Positions 12,293 to 26,000 of a DNA stretch of 64,000 bases are shown in pieces. The stretch is from Eutreptiella sp. 'Long Island Sound 2002'. Taxonomy: Eukaryota > Protista > Euglenida. The notes beneath the pieces are model-generated. The model was given only the letters and a program-made list of their open reading frames with translations. It made no database searches and was not told the DNA's origin. The translations under genes and the position numbers were made by a program. The DNA lies in assembly GCA_964036045.1 (NCBI GenBank), contig OZ038378.1:179118001-179182000 (forward strand). Direction: 5' to 3'. How positions within the stretch are numbered: position 1 is the first letter of the stretch; each line of letters begins with the position of its first letter.

Positions 12293-15200
12293 CTGGCGGG
12301 TAAATTGGAGAAATAGAGTAGGGGGCATGGCAGGTGCACAGCAGCTGGTGGGCGCATGGCAGCAGCAGAGGAGATGTGTGGACAGCACATGCATGGCAGG
12401 TGGAGATTAGCATAGCAGCAGTAGACACATAGCAGTCACACAGCAGCAGTACAGTGGGCGCGTGGCAGGTGCATAGCAGGTGCATCAAAGGCGAAGGGAG
12501 GTGCATGGCAGGTGCACAGTAGTGGTCATGCACACACTGCAGTGACGGATGTAATTGGGGGGGTGGGTGTCCCTCCCTCCCCCCCCCCCTGTTGTGACGA
12601 GGCGTCACAATACGCGTCACAAAAAACCCCGGTCACAGATTGAGCCACGCAGGGTACCAGGAGGCAAGCAGGACAACCCTTCCAGAGAGGCATGTGTGTG
12701 CAGCAGGGTACAGGCAACAACAAACAGTTTTTTTTTGTTTCTGGGTAGTCCACCAGGGTTCTTATTCACTGTCACTGTGCAGCAGGGTTCTCATTCACTG
12801 TCACTGTCACTGTCAGTACCACTTTCCTCGTCACTGACAACCGCTTGACAGGCGTCTGCAGTCTGGACCCGGCGGCCAGAGCAGCTGCACCCGCAACGAC
12901 AGCAGCAGCACCCACCAGAGCAGCACCCACAGCGCCCACAGCCAGAGCAATTGCTGCGGCGCGACGGGCTGCACGGCTCCTTTTTTGTCGACATGCCGCG
13001 GCAGAAACACATCCTTGAGAGAAGCATATGACAACTGGCAGGATCAACCAGAATCACTCGACTGCATCATGCCCAGGAGCGACCATCGAACCCCATGAAG
13101 GGGTGTCAATGGCCTCTCCACGGTGGCTTGCCGTGAGCCACGCTCTCCGACGGACGCCCCGTGGAGGAGCCAATCCATCGGTGACTGCATCAAACCACGG
13201 AGAACCAAAGCTCTCCAAACGCCCGACGGCGGATCACACTGACATTCCACTTTCTTTCGACCCATGACAGAACTGTGACAAAGGCTGTCGGAAGGATGCA
13301 GCAGACAAATCGGCAGTCTTCAGAGCCTACAGAGAACACAGTGTCAGTTGACACCGCGTCTCATCTCTATGCTGTGCATGCAATGGATGGATGAATGTCA
13401 CAAAAAACAGCAAGGTCAGAAGCAAGGTCAGAAGCACAGACACAACTATTCAGCAACCTGCCCACATGCCCTCAGGAAATACCACTGCCCTCAGGAAGTA
13501 CCGCAGAGCCTTTTGGGTGTCACAATATTTTCAGAAAAGCTGTTTTCCCACTATGGCCTATTGTATTTTTTGTGACATGTCACAATTCACTACCCCCCCC
13601 CCCCACCCCCACCCCCTGAGTGGCGCACAAATTAGATCCATCACTGACACACTGTCCGCCTGTCTTCCATGTGCTCTGCCCTGCTCTGCACCTGCTGTGC
13701 GCCCACTATGCGCAATCACCCTGCACCTGCCATGCACCTACCCTGCGCGTTCTGTGTGTTTCTGCCGTGCGACAGCAGCTGCATAGCAGGCACAGGGTAG
13801 GCACATGGAAGGTGCACAGCACGTGCAGTAAAGGCACAAGGGATGCACACAGCATCTGCACCGCAGGTGCATTGCACGCGACGATCATGTAGATTAAAAG
13901 GGTATGGGGCCATCCACCGCTTTTATTTGGCCTGGGGGGGCCCTCCCATCTCATGGTCATCCTATGAGAGGGAGCCCCCCCCCCCCCCCTTAATGGGCTG
14001 TTTTGAGATGGGGCGGCTTCGGTGGATACCCGGAAAAACTTTTCCAACCAATGCCATTGTTCTATGATGGTGTTGTTACTTCCTAGACATCTGTGAACGG
14101 ATGTTGTCATTTTTGGGATGTTTTAGAATTCATGGCAGAAGCAAAGATTGCTGGCTGTACAAACACCACAAGCATCAAAACCCAATTCAGCCATTGCCGT
14201 GCCTCAAAACATCTACAGCCCCTCCTCCCATCCCATGCCAACCCCCCCCCCCCCCCCATGAGAGACCCTCCCCGCCTCAATGAGATTTTTGGGATGGGAG
14301 CCCCCCCCCCACCAAAGTAAAATGGCGGATGCCCAAGACGTGAATAGCAGGGGCGCGACATGACAGATAGCAAAGGTGTAGGGCAAGCAAGTTGGTGCAC
14401 GGCAAGCGCTTTGCATGTGCATAGCAGACACACCAAGCAGGCAGGTGGAAAGCGCGTGGTCAATGTATAGTCGGGTAGCAGGCGCATAGCATGTGCATGG
14501 CGTGTGTGGGGGCGTTTCTGCACAGCGTGGGCACAGCGCCCAATCGTAAATTTGCTTTCTCGTGACGCCGGTGACACCACCGGGGAAGCATACGTCCATA
14601 AGGCAAAAACAGCGGATTCAGACAGCAATCTGGCATTTGCTTTAACTCTTTACCTGCGTTTTTGGACTGATCTGAGCAGTTCTGTGTATGGGAACACAGT
14701 AGTTACCGCAGTCACCTTGGACATCGGGAAAACGGGTCGAAAATAGCCTACTGTGGCACAGCGTGGGCACAGCGCACGGTGCGCCCCCTGTATGGCATGC
14801 TCCCAGCACGTTGCAGGCACTCAGCATGTGCATGGTGTGTGCACAGCAGGCGCGTGACATGTACATGTCCTCAATATTTCATACGAGGTGCATACCGACA
14901 TGGTTGACCAGCGATACCATCGGGGCCACCATTGTACACTCCCCCCGGTACCGCAGAGACCCATCGCTAAGGCAGATGGCGGTGACCACGCCTTCGTAGC
15001 CTTCCTCGCACTCTGCAGAGCATTGCCTGCCATCCATGAGTCCGTTTGTCGTTGGGCAGTTGCTGAAGGCGGCGTGGGGCGCGATTGGGGCGTTGCAGGG
15101 CAATGGTGGCTCGCTGTCTGCGTCGTCGTCATCGCCATTGTCTTCTTCACACTTCCCACGATACTTCCAGGTCCCGTCCACGAGGCATTCGGCTTTGGGT

Positions 15201-16944
15201 TTGCCCCTTGTGCCTGTGACGCACTTGGGTTTGCACTTGCCACCGTACCAGTAATCACATCCAGTGAAATCGAAATTGGTCTTGGCGGGGGATTTGCAGA
15301 AAACCTGAGGAGAAAAGTGCTGTGCGAGAGCGACAAATCTCTGGCAGGTGGGGGGGTTGGCACGAGGCCATGGTGCTGGTGGGGCAGGGGGGGGGGGGGG
15401 CTAGGTGTTGCCTTGGACCATAGTGTGAGATGGAGGATCAGGTACAGCCCAAAGCACACTTCAACTCAGTCCAGCCAGCAGACAAACAGTGTGGACGGAA
15501 CCTCCACACAAGTGATCTTGTCCACCAGCCCCCCAAGACATAATAAGCATGGCGTTGTCAGCAGGGTAGTTTGTGTCACTGACATAGACAAGTGGACTGA
15601 GCAGATGTGAACAGTGCTGCAGCCTGGCATTACAGCAGCCTGGCATTACCTACAGAAAATAATACTGCGTCCGAACCACCCACACAGACAGTGGAGACAA
15701 GAGGTTTTGGTTGGACTAATAGTGGTTGCATTTTATCACAAAATCGCCACATTAGTGGGATCAGGCGCCCGTATGCCAGGGTAGACAGCTCCGAGTCTAA
15801 CATTTTAAATCTGATCAAATAATACACTTACGCTACTTGAGGGCGTTGAGAAAGGTGATGCACACCTTGGTAGCATCGGGCGCAAGTTATGCGTGCATCC
15901 AATGCTGAAGAAGGAAGGGTAGTGGAGGAGAGGTACAGACAAAAAGTTGTGTTGGTTCCTCTGGAATACCTAGTGGCCTTAATTGCGTTCTACTTGCAAC
16001 TTTCTATTTCCTTCTTACTAGTATACCATGTTGCATTGCCACCACCCCAGAAAATGCTCAGGACATGTGGTGCGGTAGTTTGGGGAGATTTTATTGGGCT
16101 GCTGGTGGAGGTCCCGCAGTTTGAAGTCAGGTTATGTCACGGGGCTGGACGGAATGAACCGGTGGTACCCTCGGCGGTGGTTCGGCTCGGCCGGTTAGGT
16201 TCCGGTGGTTCGGCTCGACAGCGGTGTCGGCCGGCCGAATCGAAGCTATGTCACGGCTTGAAGGGGTATACAGGTGTGAGTGGGCGCAATGGGGTGGTAG
16301 GCTTTGATGGAAGTCCCAGTGATGAGTGGGGTTGGATGGAGTCCGTAGCTGTGATGATCCCGTGGAAAGTTGTAGGAAAGACCTGCAAGCTGGGTACCTG
16401 CAAGGCCCCCAAGGGGACCCCTACCAGTATTGTGAGGGGGTAGACCAAGCATGCAAAACAAGTTGCACAACACGTGAGTGGAAATGGTCATACGCTGGTG
16501 TTTCAATACACAGCCCACTTGGTCTTGGTGGCATGTGTTCGAACCCAAAATCTGCGACAACGTTGTTGGTTGGGGGTGACCACTGTGCCTGGTGACAGGT
16601 GATGTGTCAGGGCAGAGGCACGAGTTAGGACTGCTGAAACATTGCCTGCCACTGTGAATGCACGTCAGCAGTGAGTATTGCCTCGGTAGGCCTGACCGTG
16701 GTCCCAGCAGCCTTACAACTGTTCTTGACAAAAAGCATACTGCGGTTGCTGACAAACACACACACACTGAGAACCGCGAAACAAGAACAAAGCAAGACAA
16801 GCGGTTGGAGAAAACTCCTCAGGAGCTGCAGAGCAGCCGCAGACGTCTTTCGATCTGCCAAAGAGTGCACTATGGAGGAGTTCGTGATTGTTCATACCAA
16901 AGCCATCTATTTACATTGTAATCTGTGCTGGGTGCTCCCACCCA

Positions 16945-16984
<40 letters not shown>

Positions 16985-17063
16985 TTCATTGGAACATATT
17001 GCACCAGTGTGCCAGGCGGGCCAGCAACAAACACACACACACACACACACACGTGTGCGTGCG

Positions 17064-17094
<31 letters not shown>

Positions 17095-20000
17095 ATACAC
17101 ACACACACACACACGGAATCTGCCGCACCAATCCCACCATTCCCCGTTTCCCGTTTCTCAGGTGCAGCATCACCCCCCTTTCCCCTAGGCTAAACTGCAG
17201 GGTATGCACAAAGAACCTTCTCAGTCGGTGCTCCACCACCACAACCACAACAAGCCTCAGTGGCGTCCATCCCGTAGATGTTGTCCCGGTAGTCAGCAAA
17301 GGTCCCGAATGCAGTTTGTGACCATTGCAACCCATACGCTCCGGAGGCGTCGCACCAGTTATGGGCGACATAGTCCGCACAGGATGCACCCACCACATCC
17401 ACCCACTGGGGTGGCTGGTCCGCACAGAAACATGATGATGGGCCGGAGCGATCCTTCCCACTTGATGGGACGGCGGTGAGCGGCACATTGCCATAACCTT
17501 TGCAGTAGTCGTCTCTTGTGGAGAAGCCCCAGAAATGGCATTCCGGCGTTGTACTGCAGAGACTCTGGCACTCCTCAGCAGTCCCGATCTGAGTGGTCGG
17601 ATGGCTGAAAACTGCACCTGAAGGGGGCAACCCCAGGCGCGACATGCAGCCTTCCTCGCACTCCGCAGGCCCTGACCAGTCGCCATTGGCTGCTGCGGCA
17701 TTGACGAAGGTGGCGGATTTCGCAAACATGTGGCAGTTGGGGATCGTGGGTGAAACCGCTGGACGGAAAGACCACCATGCGCACCCCGTGGTCTGGAAAC
17801 ACTTTAGCTGAAAATAGTCAGGGAAAATGAGGCGGGAGCTGAGGAAAAAGAGGCAGCTGGTGAGCGGGTGACAGAGAGAGTGGGACAATCAGTGAAAGAG
17901 GCAAGAAGGGAGGAAGGGATCCCCCCCTACTGAAAACCCATGGGGGGCGGGGGGTACTGGGTTGGCTTCTTGCAGGATCCAAGGCAAGCCTTTTTTGTGG
18001 TACCGGGGAGGGGGGGGGGATCTTGGAGGAAGCAGGCACTTTTTCAGGGCAGGCACTGCTTTTGTCGTACCCCTACCCTGGGGGGGGGGGGGCTGCAGTC
18101 AAGGAGGCAGGCACCCACTCACCACCTAGTCCACAGTACCTACCTAATATCCAACCACACGCAATGCATCAAATCACGAAGGGCTCACCATTGATTGTTG
18201 AAGACATGTATGTTACTTACTCACTGTCACTGGACTCACAGCAGAAATTGCGGAAGAACCACCACTCGACTCTCCCTCACACGCAACTAAATCTCTCTTC
18301 CTTTTAGTTCCAACCACTTCTTATGTTGTCTTGCGCTTATGGGAAGCATGCTTGCCGCCACCATCAGCCCGAGCTGTGCGGAAGCGTGCTCGTCGCTTGT
18401 TGTTAGAAACCAAACTCCAAGCTGGCTCCTAGTTATACTTGTCCCAAGGCAAAGCATCCAATGCCAAAATCATGAATTGTTCAACCAGCTTGGTGGACAA
18501 AGACAATTACTGAGGGGCCAAGAGAGCAATGAAGCGTGAGAAAGCTTGCTCCAATGCCGTTAGAGCCGAAATAGCCCAAAGGAGAATATGGAATTGGAGA
18601 AACTGATCTTTCTGGCACACAACGGAACTCCCAAAAAAAAAGTGCGGAATTCAGAGGCTTTAGGTGGGTTCTAAAAATTTCCTTGATCTACTCAAACCAC
18701 ATTTGCAAAGTACCTTCATGATGAGTTGTGGGAAAAAAAGAAAAAAACAAGTTGCATTGTATGCCACCCCCTATACTTGCCAACCCAAAGGTTGCCAGAC
18801 CCACGAATTGAACCTGGAACCTTTCGGTCACAGATGCAGCATTCTACCACTATGGTACTAGTTGAATCCGGCAACCTACTGCTGATAGATATTTTGGTCC
18901 GATATTTTTTTCCCAATAAGACCCAACCCACTCTTGGCCTAACCCCCACCAGGGGGGGGGGGGGATTCCACTGAGGGCACCCAAAATTTCAAAAAAGGCA
19001 GGCAACCCCCCCCCCCCCCGGGAAGGGTATCCAAACCACGAAAAAAAGACATGATACACGGGCACTTTGACTCTCAAATTTCGGACATGGGAGCTGTTTT
19101 GAGAATTTTGAGGGTCTTGGAAAAAGAGGGGGGGGGGGGGGGTTGGAAAATGTAAGGCAAAATGGTGCAAAAAAGCTGACATTGGCCAAGATGCGGTGGC
19201 TTGAAACCACTTGATATTGTAGCAGTGACCGGACAAGGGAAGCTGCAAGATCTCAGCCACATTCTCCTTTCTTAAACCCCATAGCCCCACACAGCAGCGC
19301 TGCCGACCAAAAACCTTCAAAACAATGAACAATGAGTATTGTGTCAGTGGAAGCTGCCCGGAAGCTGCAGACAACAAAGTGGTGGACATAAATACACCAA
19401 ATGGGCAGCCAAAAACCGGGTATCTGTGACCCATGGCTGCCTACCGTGAGAGGGCAACGGCGTGAGAGGGCAACGGATGTCCCCAACAATAGAAGAGCAC
19501 AATTCAGAATGATTTTTCATAGGGCTGTGGTTGTGTGAGAAATGATGCACATAAGCAATTGGGAAAGAGACACTACAGACTACTAAAGATTACTAACAAT
19601 GAAGTGGACAAAACAAGGCAATGTGTTCATCCATGCCCTCCTTGACATGCAAGCAATGTGCTCCTTCTTGCCGGCAGTGAACGAACGACGTCATCCCGAC
19701 CCAAGGAATGGAATGATGGACACAAACACACATCATCAATGGACATTTGCAATCCCTAGGGGCGGAAAACCTAGGGGTTGAAAAAACTGGGGGGGAGGGG
19801 GGTAAAAAAAATGGCAAATTGCCAAGAACACCAAATTTCACCCCTTTGAACCCTCTTTGGCAAAACTAACCTTGTGTGCCAGTCTGCAAATGTGATGTGA
19901 ATGTGATGGGATCTGAAAACTTTTATAATTTCAATTCAAACCCCCAAAGGCGTGTGTGGAGGGGGGGGGATTTGGCAAAAACCACACACCACTCACCGGA

Positions 20001-23000
20001 ACCCCCTTCCAAGTGGATTTCCGAGCGCCAGGGGGGTGGGGTTATGGGGGGTCTTGACTGAAAACTCATTGGTGGAATAACCATATGTGGGTGTTTTCCT
20101 AGGTTCTCAACTAGTTCGTTGATGGCTAGGTAACACCCGCATTGCCTCACTTCGAGGGTATCCAGCTCCAAGGGTAGGTACGACAAAGGAATCTTGTACG
20201 ATTGCATGACCATATTCCTACATGTCCAATGTGAGTTGAGTTTTGTTGATGTTAAGGCTGAAAATTGCATGCACAAATTTCGTACCACTCCTAGGAAGCA
20301 CACACCCCACAACCAATGGCCAAATGGATTTGGAAACACACATAGAGGGTCTAAAACATCTTCAAATGTGACACTTGATCACAGCCAAAACACCAAATTT
20401 GAAAAGATGCAATTGTTGAGTTGTACGGGCTAAAAAAGGCTCATGCATCTTCGGAAAATGGTGCAAATGCAACAGCTGAGGATTTGGCTCATCCACAACC
20501 AACCTAAGCATGCCCCAAGAGTTTCCTCAATCCAACATGTAAGGGATCCCCATGGTGGGGAGAAATTAATATGGCTCCCTCACCCCAAACCAAGGGGTCC
20601 CCAAACCAAAGGGTCCCCAAAGTGGGGAGAGATCAAAAAAGGAAAAAGAGGGGGGAGGGGATCCCAAAACACCCTTAAAAACCCCCACAAAAGCATGTTT
20701 GCAACGGGGGTTTGGCAAACCACGTCATGGTGTCCAAGTCCAAGGAAGCACTCCCCCTCTGTGCGTGCCTTTGATGGGGAATACTAGGGAATAAGTGGCA
20801 ATGTGCCAATTGTTTGGCTGAAAAGGGCCACCTATGGGGCAGTATGGGAATGCTACTAGTTGTAGCGAAGGGTACTAGGCCACTAGGCCACTACTCAAAG
20901 CTCCATTTGGAATACTTAGTGCAAATGCGTGATTGTACAAGGCCCCATGAAAGATATCACTGCGTCATCCAGGAGGAGGGAGGGATCAACACATAGGACA
21001 CAAATGGGCAACGGAAGGGATGAGTGGATGAAAAGGGAGTTGGGGGGGTGGGTCTTCCCATGACCATGAGTGGCATGGTCTGTCAGCGCGTAGGGCTTTT
21101 TTGTGTAATACGCCTGCAATGCATGATAGGTGGCATTTGCGTTCTCTCGTTCTTGTCCCACAAGGTGTAGGGGACAACGATGGCCATGCACAAGGCCTCA
21201 AGAGGACATGAGCGACCAAAGACGAGAAGAAAATCTCGGACACCAAAGACAAGGCCAAAGGGCAGGATTAGGATAGACGTAGAGCCAGGGAGAGGACTAA
21301 GGGCGGAGGGGTTGGAGCTGCCAGAGGGACCTACAAGGGGAGCAGTAAAAAGTTGGGCCAATCTATAGAGGAGAAGAAAGGGAAAGGAAAGGAAAGGAAA
21401 AGAAATGAGAGGAGGCACAAGCTGTAAAAAGACACCGAGAGGTCCCACAGCATACACCATGAATGACGTGGTCTCCTGCAGAGGGGGACTTTGAAGGCGC
21501 ATATTGCAAAATCTCCAAGGCAGGAATGGCATATGAGTCCATTGTACTCCTTTGCTGGGGTACATCCTGCAGTGGACAGTTGAGCATGACCAAATAGGAT
21601 AGTCCCTAAATATGTGCCTGGCACCACCATTTGCGCTCCTTTTGAGCCGTGAGAGTGTGATGGTGAGATTGATCCTGAGAGCATGAATTTGCACAGGGCT
21701 GCTCATCCAAGCGGGAAAGGCACTCTGCCACAAGCGGTGCGCTTACACTCCGCGCTGAAGGGTATTGCCATTTGGATCTTCAATGGTTTGTCCATGTGAC
21801 CTGCCTCCATGGAGAAACAGAAACAGCGGCCAGAACAGCGGCTTGGTGGGCCTTCAAGGATGGTTTTATGTGGTGAGAGGCTGATTGATGCTGCATGTCG
21901 CATGTTGAAGGCAGCAATCATGGAAAGGAAGGGCAGTAGGTAGCCACAGTGTATTGATAGAACACAAGACCTGATGCTTGGCAGCCATATCTCCACTCCG
22001 AGTGCTGTCATGAAAGACTACAGAATTGGCGTCTGTTGCATGTAGCAGTCAAACGCGGAACGAAAGTTTTTCTCCCTTCATCATTAGAAGAGGGGTGTGG
22101 AAAGGGGGGGGGGGGGGTGGCACTCCTCTTCTGATGCGCAGCGATTCCAGTACTTCCTCGCTGCAGTTCCTCGTCCCAGCTGACGAATTGCTCCCAGACC
22201 CTGGTGACTGGTGATGACTGTGCTGCTCACGAATGGATTTGACACCACGCACACACCTGGCAGACTTCGGCGTTCGTCGACACGACGATGCCAAGGTCTG
22301 AAGTGGCGCTGAGCCTCAGCGGCAACTTGCAGCTCCCCGCACAGGGACCAAGATGGAAGGCTGGCTTCAGGGTGGCGGCGGAGGGCATGACCGCTGGCAG
22401 GTCCGCCCGGGGGACAGTGTAGCTGTTCCCGGCTTCGCAGTATGTAATCTTCTCAAAACTGCAGGACTTTGGGGCGGAGGTGCCGGGCCCGGCCGTGGCG
22501 CTGAGGAGCCAACCGGTCGGGTACGTGTAGCACAGGTTGTCGATGGCCCAGAAGCTCCACCAGTCACAAGATGGCGTCGCGTCGCACAGGTCACGACAGT
22601 CATCAGCGGTGGGAAGGCCAGCGGCCGTCACGGGGTAGCCCTGTGCACTTGTGAGCCTCACCGAGAAGACAGTGAAGGGGCAGGCGGATTGGCTGGGGGC
22701 CGGTGAGAGGGAAGGGGGTGTGAAGATCCGCACAACCCCATCGTCGCCTCCGCTGGCGATGGCCCGCCCGTCGGGGGTCCATTTGACAGCATTTGCTGAG
22801 CCGGTGTGGGCAAGAAGAGTGGAGGTCCTGGCAGGGCCGGAGGCAGCAGACGGATCCCAGAGCTCAATGTTGCCATTGCCCACTGCCAGGGCAAGCGCAC
22901 CATCGGGCGAGAAAGAGAGGGCAGTGACGGAGGCTGGCGCTGCTTGGAGCGCCCATTTGCCACCTAAAGAGATGAAGGAGGAAGCGCGCGAGAGGGAGGG

Positions 23001-26000
23001 AGAGATGGCTGCTCTGTGCCCTCTACCCCATGCTCTGTGCCTGCTGCTCCTGCTCTGTGCTTCTGGCCTGTGCCCTGTGCCCTCCCTGCACAAGGCTATT
23101 CTTAGCAACCGGGGGGGGAGGGGGGAGGGGGGGCAGAATGAGAAGGGGAGGCACCCACTTTTGGCAGGCACCCACAGCACTTGACCTACCGGGGGGGGGG
23201 GGGGGCTCAGCTGAAGAGGCACCCACCAACTCACCGACTGACCAACACAAAGGAAAATATAAGGGAAAAAATTCTTTTCGGCGCCACAAATAGAGCCCTT
23301 CCCCTCAAAACCACCAACCCACCTCTTGGCCCAGGGGACCGGGGGGTCCCATCAGAAGGAGGCACTCACCATTTTGAAAAAGGCAGGCACCCCCCCTCCC
23401 CGCCTGGCGTAGAGTAGGCGAGGCACGAAGAAAAGGCCTGCCCCTGCACCCTCTCTCCATGCCCTGTGCCGGGAAGGGAGGGGAACGAGGAGGAGGGGGG
23501 GGCAGAAAAGGAGAGGCCTGAGTGACTGAGCAAATGAACTGATGACTACCGAAGGGAGGCAGGGAGTCAGGGAGAAGCGAGGGACAAAAGACCTGCCCCG
23601 ACAGTGGCGGGTCGGATAAGGGTTGATGGGCAGCCCGCGCTGCTGGCGGCATGACTGAGGACGGAGCCGTCAACGTTGCCGGCGGCGACGCCCCCCCCGG
23701 ATGGATTGTAAGCGAGGGCCAGAACCGCTTCCCGCCCCTCCACACATTGGAGAGACACAGATTTAGTGCCCCGGTCAATGACCACCACCTTAGAATCGTC
23801 ACCGCCAGTGGCCATGAGGGTGCAGTCAGGCGACCAGGCAACGGAATTAACCGCTGAGGCATGAGGCTGGATCTGAAGTCCACACGTTGGTCACAAGACG
23901 TGGACAGGATGAGGGGAGGCTGGGCAGGCTGGCATGGGCATAGGCAAGGGCATGGGCACGAGCACCTGCACAAGCCTCACTGTACTTAGACAAGGCTGTG
24001 CTTGTGCAGGGAGGGGGGGGATGAGACCGACGAAAAAGGGTTTGCCATCCTCTCCATGGCTGTGCACACCTGACCACAATGCTGGGGCAGCTAAAGGAAA
24101 TCTGGATGTTGCACCCCTGAATGGACACAACAGCACATTTGGAGGGGGGGAGGCCCATGAAGGCTGGTTGGATACTGTGTAGTACAACCGCTGTCCAGTA
24201 CCATTACCATGTCTTTTGTGCAACCCGCTTGCCAGCCGACGTGGGCAGGGCCATGATGTCGGGTTTTGAAATGATGAGCATGATCCTGACCTCATGCCAG
24301 ACTCCCTCAGTTCGTTTGTCTCCATCACGACAATTGCAATGTGATTTGCCTTGCTGCTCTGCGGTGTAAACCAGGCCTGCACCGAATGTTGCCTTGAGGT
24401 CACCGCTGTCAAGCGGCTATCGAATCTTCATGAGCCACCTGGGTCAGCTCTTCCAGGATCGGGATGTATTATTCCAGGGTCAGGGATCAGGGATCAGGGA
24501 TCAGGGATGTATTAGAAGGGGGGGGGGGGGGCGGTTTGGCTGGGACCCCCCCCCCCCCTCTAGGGTCCTCCTGTGGTCCCCGCCAAAGGCGGACCAAAAA
24601 TTCTTTAAGCTTAAATCCTCTTGGTGCCAAAGGCGCCGAAACAAAATTTCGGCTGTCAGCCTCAAACATTGGAAGGGGAGGAGGGGGGGTCTGGGGGGGG
24701 GGGGGTCCTTTTACAGTGTACGGCCATTCTAATACATCACTGCTCTTCCCCCCAAGGCCGTGGAGAGACCGTCCCGTACCATGGTTAGCTCTCGCCAATC
24801 GTGGTCAGCCCGGCCTCCCACCCCCATACCAGCACTCGTTCTACAGCAAAATAACTAGATACCCCGAACAGGAAAACAATAAAGCGTGTTTTTCGATAAA
24901 ACCTGCCGCCAGGCTAGGCATTAGTACTCGCAGATGGGCGCGAGATTTACATTGACCATATCACCAAGCGCACAAGCCGGGACTCTAACCTGCCCCCCTA
25001 GGCTGCGTGACGAGGTGTGTGGCCGCTCTAGGATGCCAGTAACCAACTCCCCCACCACCACTCCCTCACATTCATCCGTGGCCCCAGCACGTGACGGAGA
25101 AAGGTAGGCACACGCTGGGACCTCACAGTGTGTCCGGCCTGCGTGGACCAGGTCAACAAGCGCACCAAGGCCGTGCCTGAACCCAGAGTCATTGCCCGCG
25201 AGTCCAGGTGGGGGGGGGGGGGGGTTGGCACAAGGTCTCGGGGGGGGGGGGGGGATGAAGGCTAAAAGATGCCGGAAAGTATGCCGGTTCGTACTTCTGG
25301 GTGTACGCAATGGTTTGAGTTTTTAGAAATAAATTGTGTACCTTGCTTGTCCCAAGCCAGTGGGGAAAAGTGCTTTTACTAGGTGAGACTGGGACAGTTG
25401 TCTCTCTGTTGGGGAGAGGGGTTGCCAAAAAAGCGGAATGAGTATGAGTATAGGTCTGCTTTTTTTTGGGGGGGGGGCTGGCAAAAAAGCTGAGTGTGCT
25501 GGTTGGTACGTCAGGTGGGCCCCGGGGGGGGGGCGCAAAATCAGGGGTTTCCTTACCCTGCTGCAGTACCCCGGGGGTAACAGGAGAGTGGGATGAGGCA
25601 AGCAGCTTTAGGTCTGGCCTCTGGCCTGGGGGATTTGGGCACTGGGAACCACTGATGAGAAATGTCTGAGTCTCCGTCGGAAACACAAACATTACAGCAG
25701 CCACACGTCCAGGCCCACAGGAGAAATACTAGACACGGGGCACCATTCAGGGCCCTGGTATCCGTTGCATCAGCACGAGGGCCCGGGGAGGGGGGGGGGA
25801 CAACACCATCCATGACGCCCAAAAGGCCCATCTCGCTGGTATCAGCACAGGTACGGGCATGGGAACAGGATATGGGTATGTGCATGGGTGCACAGGCATG
25901 GGTGCAGGCACAGGATGGGCACGTTGTTGAGCATGACGAAGGTCATCACCCTCAGGACCTCTTCAGCACCCATTGAAGGGGTGTGAAGTATGAAAATGGT

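Noticed and set aside
13011-13052. U3 or box C/D snoRNA interpretation of the antisense-18S stretch
   Set aside because: About 41 nt of continuous complementarity is much longer than snoRNA guides, and there are no clear C/D boxes; an rDNA copy is simpler.
12772-13057. Ala-rich TM-like or Cys-rich ORFs as an exon of the large gene
   Set aside because: Exon 7 joins exon 8 directly to give a perfect WD40 start ([11 protein letters not shown]). The block is low-complexity and abuts the rDNA shard. A minor alternative exon using GT at 12819 (phase 1) cannot be excluded.
14530-14750. Possible small exons in intron 7
   Set aside because: All frames contain stops unless a 24-nt intron is assumed, and they are not needed for the model.
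23891-24412. 173-aa ORF next to exon 3
   Set aside because: Its 5' part matches repeat sequence at ~45527-45590 and ~43590-43640, so it is a retroelement fragment.
24921-25231. Protein-like ORFs in intron 2
   Set aside because: Exons 2 and 3 join in frame without them; no convincing splice sites or domain.
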